DNA of 46,666 nt from UHGV virus genome UHGV-0105104. One strand, given 5' to 3'. The position numbers were made by a program, and so were the translations under genes. Positions 18,127 through 27,719 of the stretch are shown here, piece after piece; position 1 is the first letter of the stretch, and each line of letters starts with the position of its first letter. Source of the DNA: a virus. The notes under the pieces were generated by a model that saw nothing but the letters and a program-made list of their open reading frames with translations, made no database searches and was not told the origin of the DNA.

Positions 18127-18405
18127 ATGCACGCAGAAGGCTCAAAGATGAAGTTCGTTTATGACCACCTTGCCGCCATGAAGAGCGGGGAGGTGATATC
18201 CGTCCATTTCGAAAATGATTTATCAGATTCAGTAGTCAGGGGTTACAAAGAGGAGTGCAGCTTATCTGATATCCCTCCAGAATACAGGATGAACAGAAAC
18301 ATGTTCCGCTCCTATGCTGCAAAGATTGCCATTGCGCATAACATGAACATCAAGACCAAAAATGGCCCGATGGGTAAATTCCTGTACATCTGGAAGGTTT
18401 GCTGA
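18127..18405 (+). CDS. hypothetical early protein
   Basis: 92 aa, strong AGGAGG Shine-Dalgarno. Confidence 0.4.
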   Translation: MHAEGSKMKFVYDHLAAMKSGEVISVHFENDLSDSVVRGYKEECSLSDIPPEYRMNRNMFRSYAAKIAIAHNMNIKTKNGPMGKFLYIWKVC

Positions 18406-20054
18406 TGAATACTTACGAAATTATCGCCATGAAAAAATCCGTCGGGAAAGCGGATTCATCAATAGACCCGCTCGATGAGGCTGACATTCCTGAGTTCAGG
18501 GAAAAATACAAGATTCCACCCGGTTCACTTGGGGAGTTCATAGAGGAGATAGAGAAAAATTTCGAGCGCCGTGATGATGGAGAAAAATATCGACTTGTTG
18601 GCGCGCTTGGCCTTGCTCAGATAATGGCTGGTAGATTTATTATTGGCCCTACTGGAAGTAAGTGCTCTACTGGGATTTTCCTCGTGGCGAGGTCTGGAGC
18701 TGGCAAGCAGGCGCCAGTTAATTTTATAAAGCAATATGCTGAAGCCCTGATGATAAGCGACCGCCTTTGCACCACTACTGCTACATCATTAAAGCAGATA
18801 CAGACCAGCATGATTGAAGGTGATGGCTCTCTGCTTTACGTCGTAAACGATGACAAGCAGCATATTGACTCATGGAATGACCCTAGAAGCGCATATCTTG
18901 GCGGAACTGCGCCGTGGTATCGCAGTTTGACTGATGAAGGTGGGTGGGTTCCAACCAGGACAATAATCAGGGATATTGAGGAGAATATGGCTAAAGCCAT
19001 GAACCCCAAGACGATAGTTAGTGTTGCTATGGCGGAAGGCTGGATTGTTCCGCGTATTGGCGGTGCGCAGGATGGGATGATTGACTATAAAAGATTGTCT
19101 CAGATGGATCACAGTGTGGGCAGGAACCTGAAAAAAGTGATGGCTGAGCATGAATTATGCACTCGTGATGGAGGTATTGAGAACGCAAGATTTATTCCTC
19201 TCATCACTGTAACGCCAGTTCAGGGTATTGATGCGGTCAGGTCATGGCAGAAGGATGGTGGCATGGGCAGGACGTTGTTCATCCTTGGTCATGGCGATGA
19301 CGAGGAAATGCCATTACTAAAAAGAGAGCAGCCAGCAGGTGAGGTAAACAGGAGAATAGTAAATGAATGGAAGCAAAGAATCCTCCGCTCAATAACCAGC
19401 GTTGAATTTGAAAGTGAAAAGGTAAACGACAGGCGTTATGAGCTTACGTGCCACCTTGAGAAATGTCTCGGAAATGTAGATGGTGTAATTGGCGATGTTG
19501 TCCCGCGCGCCGGGCAGATGATCGTAGACCTTGCCTCGATATGCGCATTTGCAGACCTTTCGAGTCGCAATGGAATGACGCCAGTTTTGTGCGACAGGCA
19601 TCTTGAATGGGCTTATATGACAGTGATAAACCACCTTCGCTCGCTTCGTGATTATGTAGAAGGTGACGTTGCATTCAGTGGCCTTGAAGAGGATGAGTGG
19701 GAAAACATCATTGCCAAAATTAGAAAGGTGATGGCCGGGAAAAAATTCATTAATAAGCCTTACACTTCCGTACTGAAAAGCGGATTGTGCCGTGGTCGAA
19801 TTGAGACAATCATCAAGGCGGCAAACTCAAATCATCTACAGGTAACGCCTGACAGGTTCATTTCTGAGGTTCTGGTTTCCATTACAGAAAACAGACACTC
19901 ACCTATCGACATTGAGGCTTCTGCTATTAATGGAGGGTCAAAAATCGTCTTCAGGGACGATGGGTCATGGTCTGGACTGCGAATGAATGCCTCGGTGAGA
20001 AACATACTTTCAGCCGCCGTTAACAGGATGAAATTTATGAGAGGTCTGAAATGA
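18399..20054 (+). CDS. large early protein, possible replication initiator / origin-binding protein
   Basis: 551 aa next to the iteron array; degenerate P-loop-like GPTGSK...ARSGAGKQ; no confident family assignment. Confidence 0.3.
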   Translation: MLMNTYEIIAMKKSVGKADSSIDPLDEADIPEFREKYKIPPGSLGEFIEEIEKNFERRDDGEKYRLVGALGLAQIMAGRFIIGPTGSKCSTGIFLVARSGAGKQAPVNFIKQYAEALMISDRLCTTTATSLKQIQTSMIEGDGSLLYVVNDDKQHIDSWNDPRSAYLGGTAPWYRSLTDEGGWVPTRTIIRDIEENMAKAMNPKTIVSVAMAEGWIVPRIGGAQDGMIDYKRLSQMDHSVGRNLKKVMAEHELCTRDGGIENARFIPLITVTPVQGIDAVRSWQKDGGMGRTLFILGHGDDEEMPLLKREQPAGEVNRRIVNEWKQRILRSITSVEFESEKVNDRRYELTCHLEKCLGNVDGVIGDVVPRAGQMIVDLASICAFADLSSRNGMTPVLCDRHLEWAYMTVINHLRSLRDYVEGDVAFSGLEEDEWENIIAKIRKVMAGKKFINKPYTSVLKSGLCRGRIETIIKAANSNHLQVTPDRFISEVLVSITENRHSPIDIEASAINGGSKIVFRDDGSWSGLRMNASVRNILSAAVNRMKFMRGLK

Positions 20055-20407
20055 AAGTTAATACTCGCGTTACTGCCGCAGTTTATTATGCCATGTCAGG
20101 CACTCATGATGGCATGTGGTTCGGGTTACAAGGCGCGGCAGACCAGTGTTTATTTGATGCGTCCGTATTTCATTCTGAGGTAATGGATCTTACTCAGGAA
20201 TGCTTTAATGGTCATTATTTTCTTTGCTTCAGGCGCGGAGTTACGTCTCACGATAATGACTGGAGAGCCATCGCTACTGATTTTATTTATCGCCATGACG
20301 GTGCTCACCAGATACATGCGTGTGGCAAATCAAACACAAAAATGAGAGCAATAAGGCACTGCTGCAAGGCTATGGATGCTGCCGTCAAAAAGTACAATCT
20401 TGAGTAA
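20051..20407 (+). CDS. hypothetical protein
   Basis: 118 aa, Cys/His-rich, ATGA coupling. Confidence 0.35.
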   Translation: MKVNTRVTAAVYYAMSGTHDGMWFGLQGAADQCLFDASVFHSEVMDLTQECFNGHYFLCFRRGVTSHDNDWRAIATDFIYRHDGAHQIHACGKSNTKMRAIRHCCKAMDAAVKKYNLE

Positions 20408-20409
20408 CA

Positions 20410-20438
20410 AAAACCCTCCATCAGGAGGGTTTGTTTTT
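20410..20438. terminator. bidirectional rho-independent terminator
   Basis: aaaccctcc-atca-ggagggttt flanked by T-tracts on both strands; sits between convergent 20051..20407 and the primase gene. Confidence 0.6.
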
Positions 20439-21314
20439 TAGTGCTTCAAATAGTTCTTCTGGTTTATACAGCCTTTTTCTGATAGCGCCGCTATAACGGA
20501 TATCATGACCATCATCAGTAATCAGTATCGGAAGACCTGCATTCTCGGCGGCGCACACCTCATCGAAATTATTATTAATGATGCAGCGTAATTTGGCTCG
20601 CTGCTCATCGCTGACATCACGCACAACTTCCCACATATTTTCCGGCGACCAGCAACACCAGACATGTGCGCCGGTAAGCCGATGCGCTCGCCAGGCATCG
20701 AAGTAATCCGCAACCAGGTATGTCCATTCTGTCTTATCGCCGATGGGTGTAACGGCACCGCGCGTTATCCTTCCGCGAGTGTATTCATGGCTGAAACCCG
20801 CTCGAAATGACACGGTTTCATCATCAGCCATAAAAGCCACATTGCATGGCGTCATAGTTCCAGCCATATAGAGTGGGATTGCCACCAGTTCACCTGTTTT
20901 GCCGGTTATGGTGTCGCCGCCTGCTTTTTCCATGATGGCCGCCACTTCTGCCTCTGTCAGGTAGTCAGAAGCATGGTTGACCTTCGGAAGTTTCTTTTTA
21001 ATCGCCTCAAGTTTTTCGCGAGGGTTCATATTCAGAAATCCGGCCAGTGCCTCCATTGACTCTGGGAACGTCATTCCTGACAGCTTCATTAGCCAGGTGA
21101 TTCCGCTGCCGCTCCCGCACTGGTTGCAGATGGCGCCTCCGTCACCTTTTGTTTCGAAGTTGTCATCAAAGCGATACCTGTCTTTGCCAAGACATGACGG
21201 GCATGGTTGGTGCTTGCCATTGAAAACTCGGCTATCCACATTGACGATAGACATAATGGCAGCCTGCCAGTTGCCGAGCATTTTTGGCTCAATGTCTTTC
21301 CAGTCGTATCTCAT
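20421..21314 (-). CDS. DNA primase (zinc-ribbon + TOPRIM)
   Basis: HQPCPSCLGKDRYRFDD...CNQCGSGSG matches the primase-helicase zinc ribbon, followed by a Toprim-like acidic core. Start set to MRYDWKD (AGGAAG Shine-Dalgarno). Encoded antisense to the surrounding early genes. Confidence 0.65.
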   Translation of the reverse strand: MRYDWKDIEPKMLGNWQAAIMSIVNVDSRVFNGKHQPCPSCLGKDRYRFDDNFETKGDGGAICNQCGSGSGITWLMKLSGMTFPESMEALAGFLNMNPREKLEAIKKKLPKVNHASDYLTEAEVAAIMEKAGGDTITGKTGELVAIPLYMAGTMTPCNVAFMADDETVSFRAGFSHEYTRGRITRGAVTPIGDKTEWTYLVADYFDAWRAHRLTGAHVWCCWSPENMWEVVRDVSDEQRAKLRCIINNNFDEVCAAENAGLPILITDDGHDIRYSGAIRKRLYKPEELFEALKNKPS

Positions 21315-21325
21315 AAAATCTTCCT

Positions 21326-21355
21326 GTTGACGATGATGTAGAATCATTGTAATTT
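21326..21355 (+). promoter_or_regulatory. promoter TTGACG-N17-GTAATT for the HNH/helicase block, with GATGATGTAGAAT element
   Basis: ttgacgatgatgtagaatcattgtaattt. Confidence 0.4.
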
Positions 21356-21380
21356 ACTCGTATGAAACAATCAATCGTTA

Positions 21381-21515
21381 CTTGCAATGAAACAATTAAT
21401 CGTTACAATAGAGGATGAGAAATGGCTATCACCGTCAAGAAGTGCGAGGTTTGCGGAAATGAGTTTATCGGAACTGCAAAAGCAAAATGTTGCTCAGGAA
21501 AGTGCAGGGTTAAAA
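21381..21515 (+). repeat. copy 1 of a ~135 bp direct repeat (second copy at 24849..24983) carrying the RBS, ATG and zinc-ribbon codons
   Basis: Both copies contain ttacaatagagg..agaaATGGCTATCACCGT(C/T)AAGAAGTGCGAGGTTTGCGGAAATGAGTTTATCGGAACTGCAAAAGCAA; roughly 85-90% identical by eye. Confidence 0.6.
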
Positions 21516-22463
21516 AATACAGGGACCAAAAGAAAGTCACACATTTCACAGGAGAGGCTAAGGGAGGTTCTTGATTACAACAAAGATACTGGGATATTCA
21601 CACGTAAGATAAAGACAGGTTCTCGTGTTAAAGTCGGAGATATTGCTGGCTGTCTTGATGTTAGTGGTTATCTGAGAATTAGCATAGATGGCAATCAATA
21701 TTGGGCGCAAAGACTCGCATGGATTTATGTTAATGGAGATAATATTGGGAATGCGAAAATTGAGCACATAAACAAAAATCGCGCTGACAACAGGATATGC
21801 AACCTTAGGCTTTCAACTGAAGTTTTAAATGAGAAAATGTGCTCAAAATGCAGGTCCGTTCTTCCAGCTACAAGCGAATACTTTTATGCAGATAAAAGTA
21901 TGAAACTTGGCTTTAGTTCCATATGCAAGAAGTGCTCTGGTAATAAAGGGAAGAGAGCAAGATACCTTGGTAATGGATTGAAGATTTGCTCTAAGTGTAA
22001 ATCTGTTCTTGAGGCGAACGAAGAAAACTTTAATAAAAATAAATCATCCCTTGATGGACTGCGTCCTGATTGCAAAAAATGTCAGGCTGAGTTCAGGAAA
22101 AATATTTATAAATTAAAAAAGTCAGAGATAAATGAAAAATCAAAACGTTATTACGATAAAAACAAGGAAAAGCATAACGAGAAGTCAAAGCAGTGGAGAC
22201 AGAAAAACAAGGGTGTTGTTAGATATCATCAGCGTAAATATAAGTATCTTAAAAGACGGGCGATACCATCATGGTTTGAACATGAAAGGGTTTTAATTGA
22301 AAAGGTTTATGAGATGGCTGGCGTTCTTGGTATGCAGGTTGATCACATAGTGCCAATAAATAGCAAATTGGTTTGTGGCCTTCACTGCTGGCATAACTTG
22401 CAATTACTTGCACCAAGTGAGAACAGATCTAAAAGCAACTCTTATTGGCCTGACATGCCATAG
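21387..22463 (+). CDS. HNH homing endonuclease (N-terminal HNH_3/AP2-type domain plus C-terminal HNH and CxxC fingers); body lacks its own start codon
   Basis: VLDYNKDTGIF...GYLRISIDGNQYWAQRLAWIYVNG...IEHINKNRADNRICNLR and C-terminal VDHIVPI...HNLQLLAPSENRSKSN. No ATG/GTG/TTG in frame between the zinc-ribbon region and the domain. Confidence 0.6.
   Translation: MKQLIVTIEDEKWLSPSRSARFAEMSLSELQKQNVAQESAGLKNTGTKRKSHISQERLREVLDYNKDTGIFTRKIKTGSRVKVGDIAGCLDVSGYLRISIDGNQYWAQRLAWIYVNGDNIGNAKIEHINKNRADNRICNLRLSTEVLNEKMCSKCRSVLPATSEYFYADKSMKLGFSSICKKCSGNKGKRARYLGNGLKICSKCKSVLEANEENFNKNKSSLDGLRPDCKKCQAEFRKNIYKLKKSEINEKSKRYYDKNKEKHNEKSKQWRQKNKGVVRYHQRKYKYLKRRAIPSWFEHERVLIEKVYEMAGVLGMQVDHIVPINSKLVCGLHCWHNLQLLAPSENRSKSNSYWPDMP
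21422..21574 (+). CDS. zinc-ribbon leader ORF (50 aa) in the frame +1 relative to the downstream HNH body; possible frameshift fusion partner
   Basis: MAITVKKCEVCGNEFIGTAKAKCCSGKCRVKKYRDQKK... with GAGGA Shine-Dalgarno 9 nt upstream. All three third-position differences between the two copies are synonymous in this frame. Confidence 0.45.
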   Translation: MAITVKKCEVCGNEFIGTAKAKCCSGKCRVKKYRDQKKVTHFTGEAKGGS

Positions 22464-22471
22464 GTGATGAA

Positions 22472-24385
22472 ATGCACAAAATAGATAAAATGATTTCAGA
22501 GATTGATATAGATAGATTAAAGCAATCAATAAAAATAGGCTCCATAGAGCCGTATGATTACCAATGGCTTGTTTACGCAAAGTGCGCTGAGGTTATTCGT
22601 AATTTTGGCAAGAAACCTGAACCAAGCTATGTTACAGCGTCTGTTTCATCAGGAAAGACCGTGATGATTTCAATGCTTTGCAGTAGATTTCAGGATATGG
22701 GGTGGGATGGCCTTGTAATCTCAAGGCAGGGCGAGATAGCTGAGCAGAATGCTGAGATGATGTGGGAGTGCGGTGTAAAAAATTCTCTTTATAGCGCCTC
22801 TCTTGGTAGGAAAAGTACAGCATACCCTATTATATGCGGTACTGAAGGAACAATCGCGAACGCACTTTTTGATAAAAAAGACGAATCAAATGGTGACGTT
22901 AAGAAAGGTGGATTGAGTGATTTTACCCCAAGATTTTGCCTGATCGATGAGTCCCACCAAGCTCCATGGCAGGATATTATTAGTGATAATCCAACAACAC
23001 AATATGGCGCAATACTTACTGAACTTAACAGGCGCTGCAAGGCAAGATATGGTCATGAAATGATAACGATTGGATTCACCGGTAGCCCATTCCGTGGTAC
23101 TGAATCAATGAAGGGTGCGTACTGGAGAAATGAAATAATAAACATTGATACAAAGTACATGGTAGATCGCGGTTTTGTTGTGCCAACAATCTTTGGTCTT
23201 CATGATGTTGATGATTTGAAATATGACTTGCATAACTTCCATGGTTCAGATGTTGATGGCACGCAGGACTTCACCGCAGAGCAACTCAAGCAGATGCAAA
23301 AAGAAATCCTTGAGCAAGGAACACTAACGCAGAAAATCATGCTCAAGGTTATGGAGCTTACAAAAAACAGAAACGGCGTATTGATTACATGCGCTGGCAA
23401 GAAGCACTGTCAGGAAGCGGCTAAATATTTACCCGAAGGAAGTTATGCTATCGTCACCGAGGATATGGGACAGAAAGCCAGACGCAAGGCGTTAAAGGAT
23501 GCATACACTGGCAAGATTAAATATGTTTTCCAAATTGGTTGCTTGACGACAGGCGTCAATATCCCCCTATGGGATACAAGCGTCATATTACGAAAAATAA
23601 TGTCACTCACTCTTCTTGTGCAGTTGCTTGGTCGCGGGATGCGCCTGCTGAAGAAAGAGCAAATTGATGCCGGGTATCATAAAGAAGACCATCTGGTTCT
23701 TGATTTCTCAGGCACGATGTTTGAGCTTGGTCAGCTGTATGAAGACCCAATTCTGGAAGAGGCTGAAGCGCAACGTTCGAAACGCAGTGGTGAACAGGTT
23801 CCGTGTCCGAAATGCGGAACAATGAACAGCCCATATGCGCGTCGCTGCATTGGCAAAGATGCACTATCTCCAGATGGTCGTTGTGAAGAGTTTTTCAGCT
23901 ACATCCGTTGCGGTTTCGACAAACATGGCATCCGTATTTTTGATGATGGATGTGGCACTAAAAACGACCCCACAGCGCGTTATTGCCGACATTGCGATCA
24001 CGTTTTGCGCGACCCGAATGCAGCATTGAATGAACGTGCGTATACGGATAATGAGTGGACTGAAGTTAAAGACTTCAAGATTGAATTAACGAAAGATGAA
24101 AAAGGTGTTGTTTATCGTTATTTAATTATGAAGGAAAACGGGAAGGAAGGATGGGCTAATGAGGTCTTTTATCCTTTTGGAAGACAGGAGAAGTATCTGA
24201 AAAATCAATTCAAGATTAAAGGCTTGTTAAATCACGTGTCAGACAGGAATCTGATTGATAACCTTATGAATTGCCACAGCGCAAAAGCATTCATGGCGTT
24301 TACTGGCCTTATCCGCGCGCCAAAGCGCATCACGCATCGCTTTAACGATAAAGGCCGAGACATAATCCACCGCAAAGAATTTTAA
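22472..24385 (+). CDS. superfamily-2 DNA helicase with C-terminal zinc ribbons
   Basis: Walker A SSGKT, DExH box IDESHQ, conserved C-terminal helicase motifs, then CPKCG...CRHC. Confidence 0.7.
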   Translation: MHKIDKMISEIDIDRLKQSIKIGSIEPYDYQWLVYAKCAEVIRNFGKKPEPSYVTASVSSGKTVMISMLCSRFQDMGWDGLVISRQGEIAEQNAEMMWECGVKNSLYSASLGRKSTAYPIICGTEGTIANALFDKKDESNGDVKKGGLSDFTPRFCLIDESHQAPWQDIISDNPTTQYGAILTELNRRCKARYGHEMITIGFTGSPFRGTESMKGAYWRNEIINIDTKYMVDRGFVVPTIFGLHDVDDLKYDLHNFHGSDVDGTQDFTAEQLKQMQKEILEQGTLTQKIMLKVMELTKNRNGVLITCAGKKHCQEAAKYLPEGSYAIVTEDMGQKARRKALKDAYTGKIKYVFQIGCLTTGVNIPLWDTSVILRKIMSLTLLVQLLGRGMRLLKKEQIDAGYHKEDHLVLDFSGTMFELGQLYEDPILEEAEAQRSKRSGEQVPCPKCGTMNSPYARRCIGKDALSPDGRCEEFFSYIRCGFDKHGIRIFDDGCGTKNDPTARYCRHCDHVLRDPNAALNERAYTDNEWTEVKDFKIELTKDEKGVVYRYLIMKENGKEGWANEVFYPFGRQEKYLKNQFKIKGLLNHVSDRNLIDNLMNCHSAKAFMAFTGLIRAPKRITHRFNDKGRDIIHRKEF

Positions 24386-24395
24386 GGAGAGCAAA

Positions 24396-24821
24396 GTGAA
24401 GCAGCTTGATAGCGGTATATGGGTATTTGATAGCGGTTATCGCGGAGAATGCCCAAAAGAGGAGACTGACCAGATGGGTTACGGCACATGGATGCAAAGC
24501 CAATTCCCTGATGTGCTCTGGTTTCACGTCCCGAATGAAACAGGAACATCAAGCCGCGTCCAGTTTGTATTGAAGCGCCAGAAGATGGGGGTTAAGACTG
24601 GAATAGGTGACAATGTGATAATGACGCCGGGAGTGAAGCACAGCTGCGGAATGATTGAGGCAAAGCGCCGAGATAAAAGCAAAAGCAGAGTAAGTAAAGA
24701 GCAATCGTCTGTGTTAACTGAGATGTGCAGGCTTGGTCATTATGCTGCCATCGCTTACGGCCTTGATGAACTAAAAAAAGCCACGCTTTTCTATTTTGGC
24801 TTGCTGAATGATGTAGATTGA
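24396..24821 (+). CDS. VRR-NUC domain nuclease
   Basis: GTG start with AAGGAGA Shine-Dalgarno; WFHVPNE...GIGDNVIMTPG...IEAKRRDKSK pattern. Confidence 0.55.
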   Translation: MKQLDSGIWVFDSGYRGECPKEETDQMGYGTWMQSQFPDVLWFHVPNETGTSSRVQFVLKRQKMGVKTGIGDNVIMTPGVKHSCGMIEAKRRDKSKSRVSKEQSSVLTEMCRLGHYAAIAYGLDELKKATLFYFGLLNDVD

Positions 24822-24848
24822 TGTATTGTTGGTAACAAATAAAAGTTG

Positions 24849-24983
24849 CTTGCAATGTAACGGTAAATGATTACAATAGAGGTTAAGAAATGGCTATCAC
24901 CGTTAAGAAGTGCGAGGTTTGCGGAAATGAGTTTATCGGAACTGCAAAAGCAAGATTTTGCTCAGGGAAGTGCAGAGTCAAAC
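24849..24983 (+). repeat. copy 2 of the ~135 bp RBS + zinc-ribbon module
   Basis: See copy 1; offset 3468 bp. Confidence 0.6.
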
Positions 24984-25493
24984 ATCATAGGAGGAAGAAA
25001 AATAATACCACGTGATGTTGTTTTGGATAGCTTAAGTTACAACCCTGAAACAGGGGTTTTCATTAGAAATAAGACGGGTGGAGGTGTAAGAAAGGGTAGT
25101 GTTGCTGGCAGGCGAAAACATAACGGATACATAGAGATAAGCATAAATAATAAAAGATACTACGCGCATCGCTTGGCATGGTTGATTTATTATGGTTTCT
25201 GGCCTGAAGGTCAAATTGATCACATCAATGGTGTGCGTGACGATAACAGGATTTGCAACTTAAGAATCGCAACAAATATGCAGAACCAGTATAACGCCAA
25301 AAAACCAAAAAATAACACATCAGGAGTTAAAGGCGTGTATTGGCAAAAACAGGTTAAAAAGTGGCAGGCTTACTGTGATGTTAACGGGAAAAGATACCAT
25401 CTTGGGTTATTCAGTGATATTGAGAGAGCGCGGTTGTCTGTGATGAAATTCAGAGAAAAGATGCATAAAGAATTCTGTAACCACGGAGAGTGA
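24867..25493 (+). CDS. HNH / AP2 homing endonuclease
   Basis: SYNPETGVF...NGYIEISINNKRYYAHRLAWLIYYGFWPEGQIDHINGVRDDNRICNLR plus AP2-like GVYWQKQVKKWQAYC...HLGLF. Confidence 0.65.
   Translation: MITIEVKKWLSPLRSARFAEMSLSELQKQDFAQGSAESNIIGGRKIIPRDVVLDSLSYNPETGVFIRNKTGGGVRKGSVAGRRKHNGYIEISINNKRYYAHRLAWLIYYGFWPEGQIDHINGVRDDNRICNLRIATNMQNQYNAKKPKNNTSGVKGVYWQKQVKKWQAYCDVNGKRYHLGLFSDIERARLSVMKFREKMHKEFCNHGE
24890..25015 (+). CDS. zinc-ribbon leader ORF (41 aa), frame +1 relative to the HNH body
   Basis: MAITVKKCEVCGNEFIGTAKARFCSGKCRVKHHRRKKNNTT. Confidence 0.45.
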   Translation: MAITVKKCEVCGNEFIGTAKARFCSGKCRVKHHRRKKNNTT

Positions 25494-26452
25494 TGATGAG
25501 AGTTTATTTCAACAACGAGTTAAGCAATCAGGATTATCATGCTGACACAGAGCACATTAATGGTTCTGGATTATGGAATATACTTGACAGATGCCCAGCA
25601 GCATGGCGGTACAAAGATGAAGAAGATGAACAATCAAAAGCCCTTATTTTTGGAACGGGAAGCCATACGGCGTTGCTTGAACCTGAGCGTTTTGATGCTG
25701 AATATGCGCGCATGCCGGTTGTAGACGATTTTCCAAAAGACAAAGATGGGAAACCAACGGTGCTGGTAACTACCGCCGATATGAACTCATGGGCGAAAGA
25801 GCGCGGCATCAAAGGTCTTTCAGGTAAGACTAAAGCCGAAGTGATTAAAATCATTCGGGCCACTGGCGAGCCAGTGCAGATTTACGATGTTATCCGTGAA
25901 GAAGCAGAGAAGGCCGCTACTGGTAAATCAATGCTGGAAGGCAATGATTATGACGCCATCATGCAGATGCGCGCCGTAATCCATGCAAACAGCTATTACA
26001 GCAGCCTGCTTTCTGGTTCTTATTCCGAGGTGTCAATTCTCGGCGAGTTGCTTGGCGAGTCATCAAAAGTACGCTTTGACTGCCTTACTCGCGGCGGCGA
26101 TATCATCGACTACAAAACAGCGGTGAGCGCCAAGCCTGATGAGTTTTTCCGTCATGCAGCGCGGCTCGGGTACTTTATGAAGATGGCAATGCAGCACGAC
26201 ATGTTTGTCGAGGCTTATGGGCATGCACCTCGCTCGGTAAATCTTCTGGTGCAGGAGAAAAAATCTCCATTCATCCCTGCGCTGATTCGTCTGACGGATG
26301 AGCAGTTACGCATTGGTCGCATTCAGCTGCGCAGTGCGATGGAAATCTATAAGGCATGCAGAAAAGCCAATTCATGGCCCGGATACTCAATGGGTAATCC
26401 GGTCATCGAAATGGAAACGCCGGAATGGTTCAAGAAGCAGTTTAACATGTAA
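25493..26452 (+). CDS. PD-(D/E)XK family exonuclease (recombination exonuclease partner of Erf)
   Basis: ...FGTGSHTALLEPERF... and D-x-x-DYK (GDIIDYKT) core; directly upstream of the Erf gene. Confidence 0.5.
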   Translation: MMRVYFNNELSNQDYHADTEHINGSGLWNILDRCPAAWRYKDEEDEQSKALIFGTGSHTALLEPERFDAEYARMPVVDDFPKDKDGKPTVLVTTADMNSWAKERGIKGLSGKTKAEVIKIIRATGEPVQIYDVIREEAEKAATGKSMLEGNDYDAIMQMRAVIHANSYYSSLLSGSYSEVSILGELLGESSKVRFDCLTRGGDIIDYKTAVSAKPDEFFRHAARLGYFMKMAMQHDMFVEAYGHAPRSVNLLVQEKKSPFIPALIRLTDEQLRIGRIQLRSAMEIYKACRKANSWPGYSMGNPVIEMETPEWFKKQFNM

Positions 26453-26475
26453 TTTATATTAAATGAGGTGAAGTG

Positions 26476-27138
26476 ATGAAATTTTCAGAACAGAAAGCAA
26501 ACCTGATTAAGGCTCTTGTAGAGGCGCGCAAGGTAATGAGTAGCAGCGCTAAAAAGAACGCGCAAAACCCGCACCTTAAAAGCAACTATGCTAACCTTGA
26601 GTCATTCCTGAATGCCATCAGGCCAGCGCTTGAGGCCAACGGTCTTATCATCATCCAGAACGCCATTGAGAGCGATACGGTTGATGTTTTGAGGCTGGAA
26701 ACAACAATCATGCATGAGTCTGGTGAATACATGTCTTCAGTCATGCCAATGCCGGTTGCCAAGAAAGATGCTCAGGGTTATGGCTCTGCAATGACGTATG
26801 CTCGGCGTTATTCTATCGCCTCGATGTTTGGTATTGCCCAGGCCGATGACGATGGCAATGCGGCGCGCAAGTCTCCTAAAGATGCAGCTTCTCTCATTCG
26901 TTCAGCAGCAAACATGGATGAGCTTACTGCCATTTATGGTGAAGAATACAAATCATTTCGTGGTGATGACGCCGCCACTCGCGTAATCGTCGGCGCATAC
27001 CAGGAAATGAAAGCGAAATTCATTGCTGGCGGCAGTGATTTTAACCCGGCAAAACTGGCCAAACCTCAACCTCAGCAGCCAGAACCGCAGGAAGAAACCA
27101 AAACCGAACATAAACCAACTCCAATTGAAGGATTTTAA
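26476..27138 (+). CDS. erf: Erf-family single-strand annealing protein
   Basis: ...KSNYANLESFLNAIRPALEANGLIIIQ...YGSAMTYARRYSIASMFGI is the hallmark Erf core motif. Confidence 0.75.
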   Translation: MKFSEQKANLIKALVEARKVMSSSAKKNAQNPHLKSNYANLESFLNAIRPALEANGLIIIQNAIESDTVDVLRLETTIMHESGEYMSSVMPMPVAKKDAQGYGSAMTYARRYSIASMFGIAQADDDGNAARKSPKDAASLIRSAANMDELTAIYGEEYKSFRGDDAATRVIVGAYQEMKAKFIAGGSDFNPAKLAKPQPQQPEPQEETKTEHKPTPIEGF

Positions 27139-27218
27139 TAAATGGCTCGCGGTGTAAATAAAGTAATTAAAAGTTGACTCAATGGTTGGAAATTACTATA
27201 TTGCACAAGGAGGTGCAT

Positions 27219-27719
27219 ATGAATGAGTTTGATATGTATTTGTCTGGCATGAGCATCCCTCAAATCTCCAATGAAACAGGAATGGCCATGTCAACATTGA
27301 GGTTTAGATTTAAAAAAGCCGGAATATTGAGAAGCAGAGGAGATGCAATAAGAATTGCTGCCGCAGATGGAAGACTTGGCTCAGGGCTTAGGGGTAAAAA
27401 ACGAGAGTTTACCGAAGAATGGAAGCAAAATATATCAAAATCAAAGAAAGGAGTTGGCAAGGGGCGCTCTGTAAAACCGAACGGTTATGTCGAGATAACT
27501 ATGGGTGAAAACAAAGGAAGAGGAGAGCGTGTTGTAGTTATGGAAGGCATTATTGGGAGGAGGTTGTTTCACAATGAATGCGTTCATCATATAGACCATG
27601 ATAAAACAAACAACCATCCAAGTAACCTAATGCTTATGACGAAGTCAGAGCACGCATCATTACACGCCACAGAGAATCATAATGGCAGATTAAGAGATAA
27701 AAACGGGAGATTCAAGTAA
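27219..27719 (+). CDS. HNH homing endonuclease with N-terminal HTH
   Basis: AAGGAGGTG Shine-Dalgarno; ...[27 protein letters not shown]. Confidence 0.65.
   Translation: MNEFDMYLSGMSIPQISNETGMAMSTLRFRFKKAGILRSRGDAIRIAAADGRLGSGLRGKKREFTEEWKQNISKSKKGVGKGRSVKPNGYVEITMGENKGRGERVVVMEGIIGRRLFHNECVHHIDHDKTNNHPSNLMLMTKSEHASLHATENHNGRLRDKNGRFK

Noticed and set aside
18399-20054. Calling the 551-aa early protein a helicase or AAA+ initiator from its P-loop
   Set aside because: Walker-A-like strings GPTGSK and SGAGKQ are non-canonical; only a positional replication-protein guess is kept.
25023-25493. Independent TTG start for the second HNH body
   Set aside because: No Shine-Dalgarno at proper spacing, and the first HNH copy has no equivalent start; the conserved upstream zinc-ribbon frame is the better-supported initiation site.
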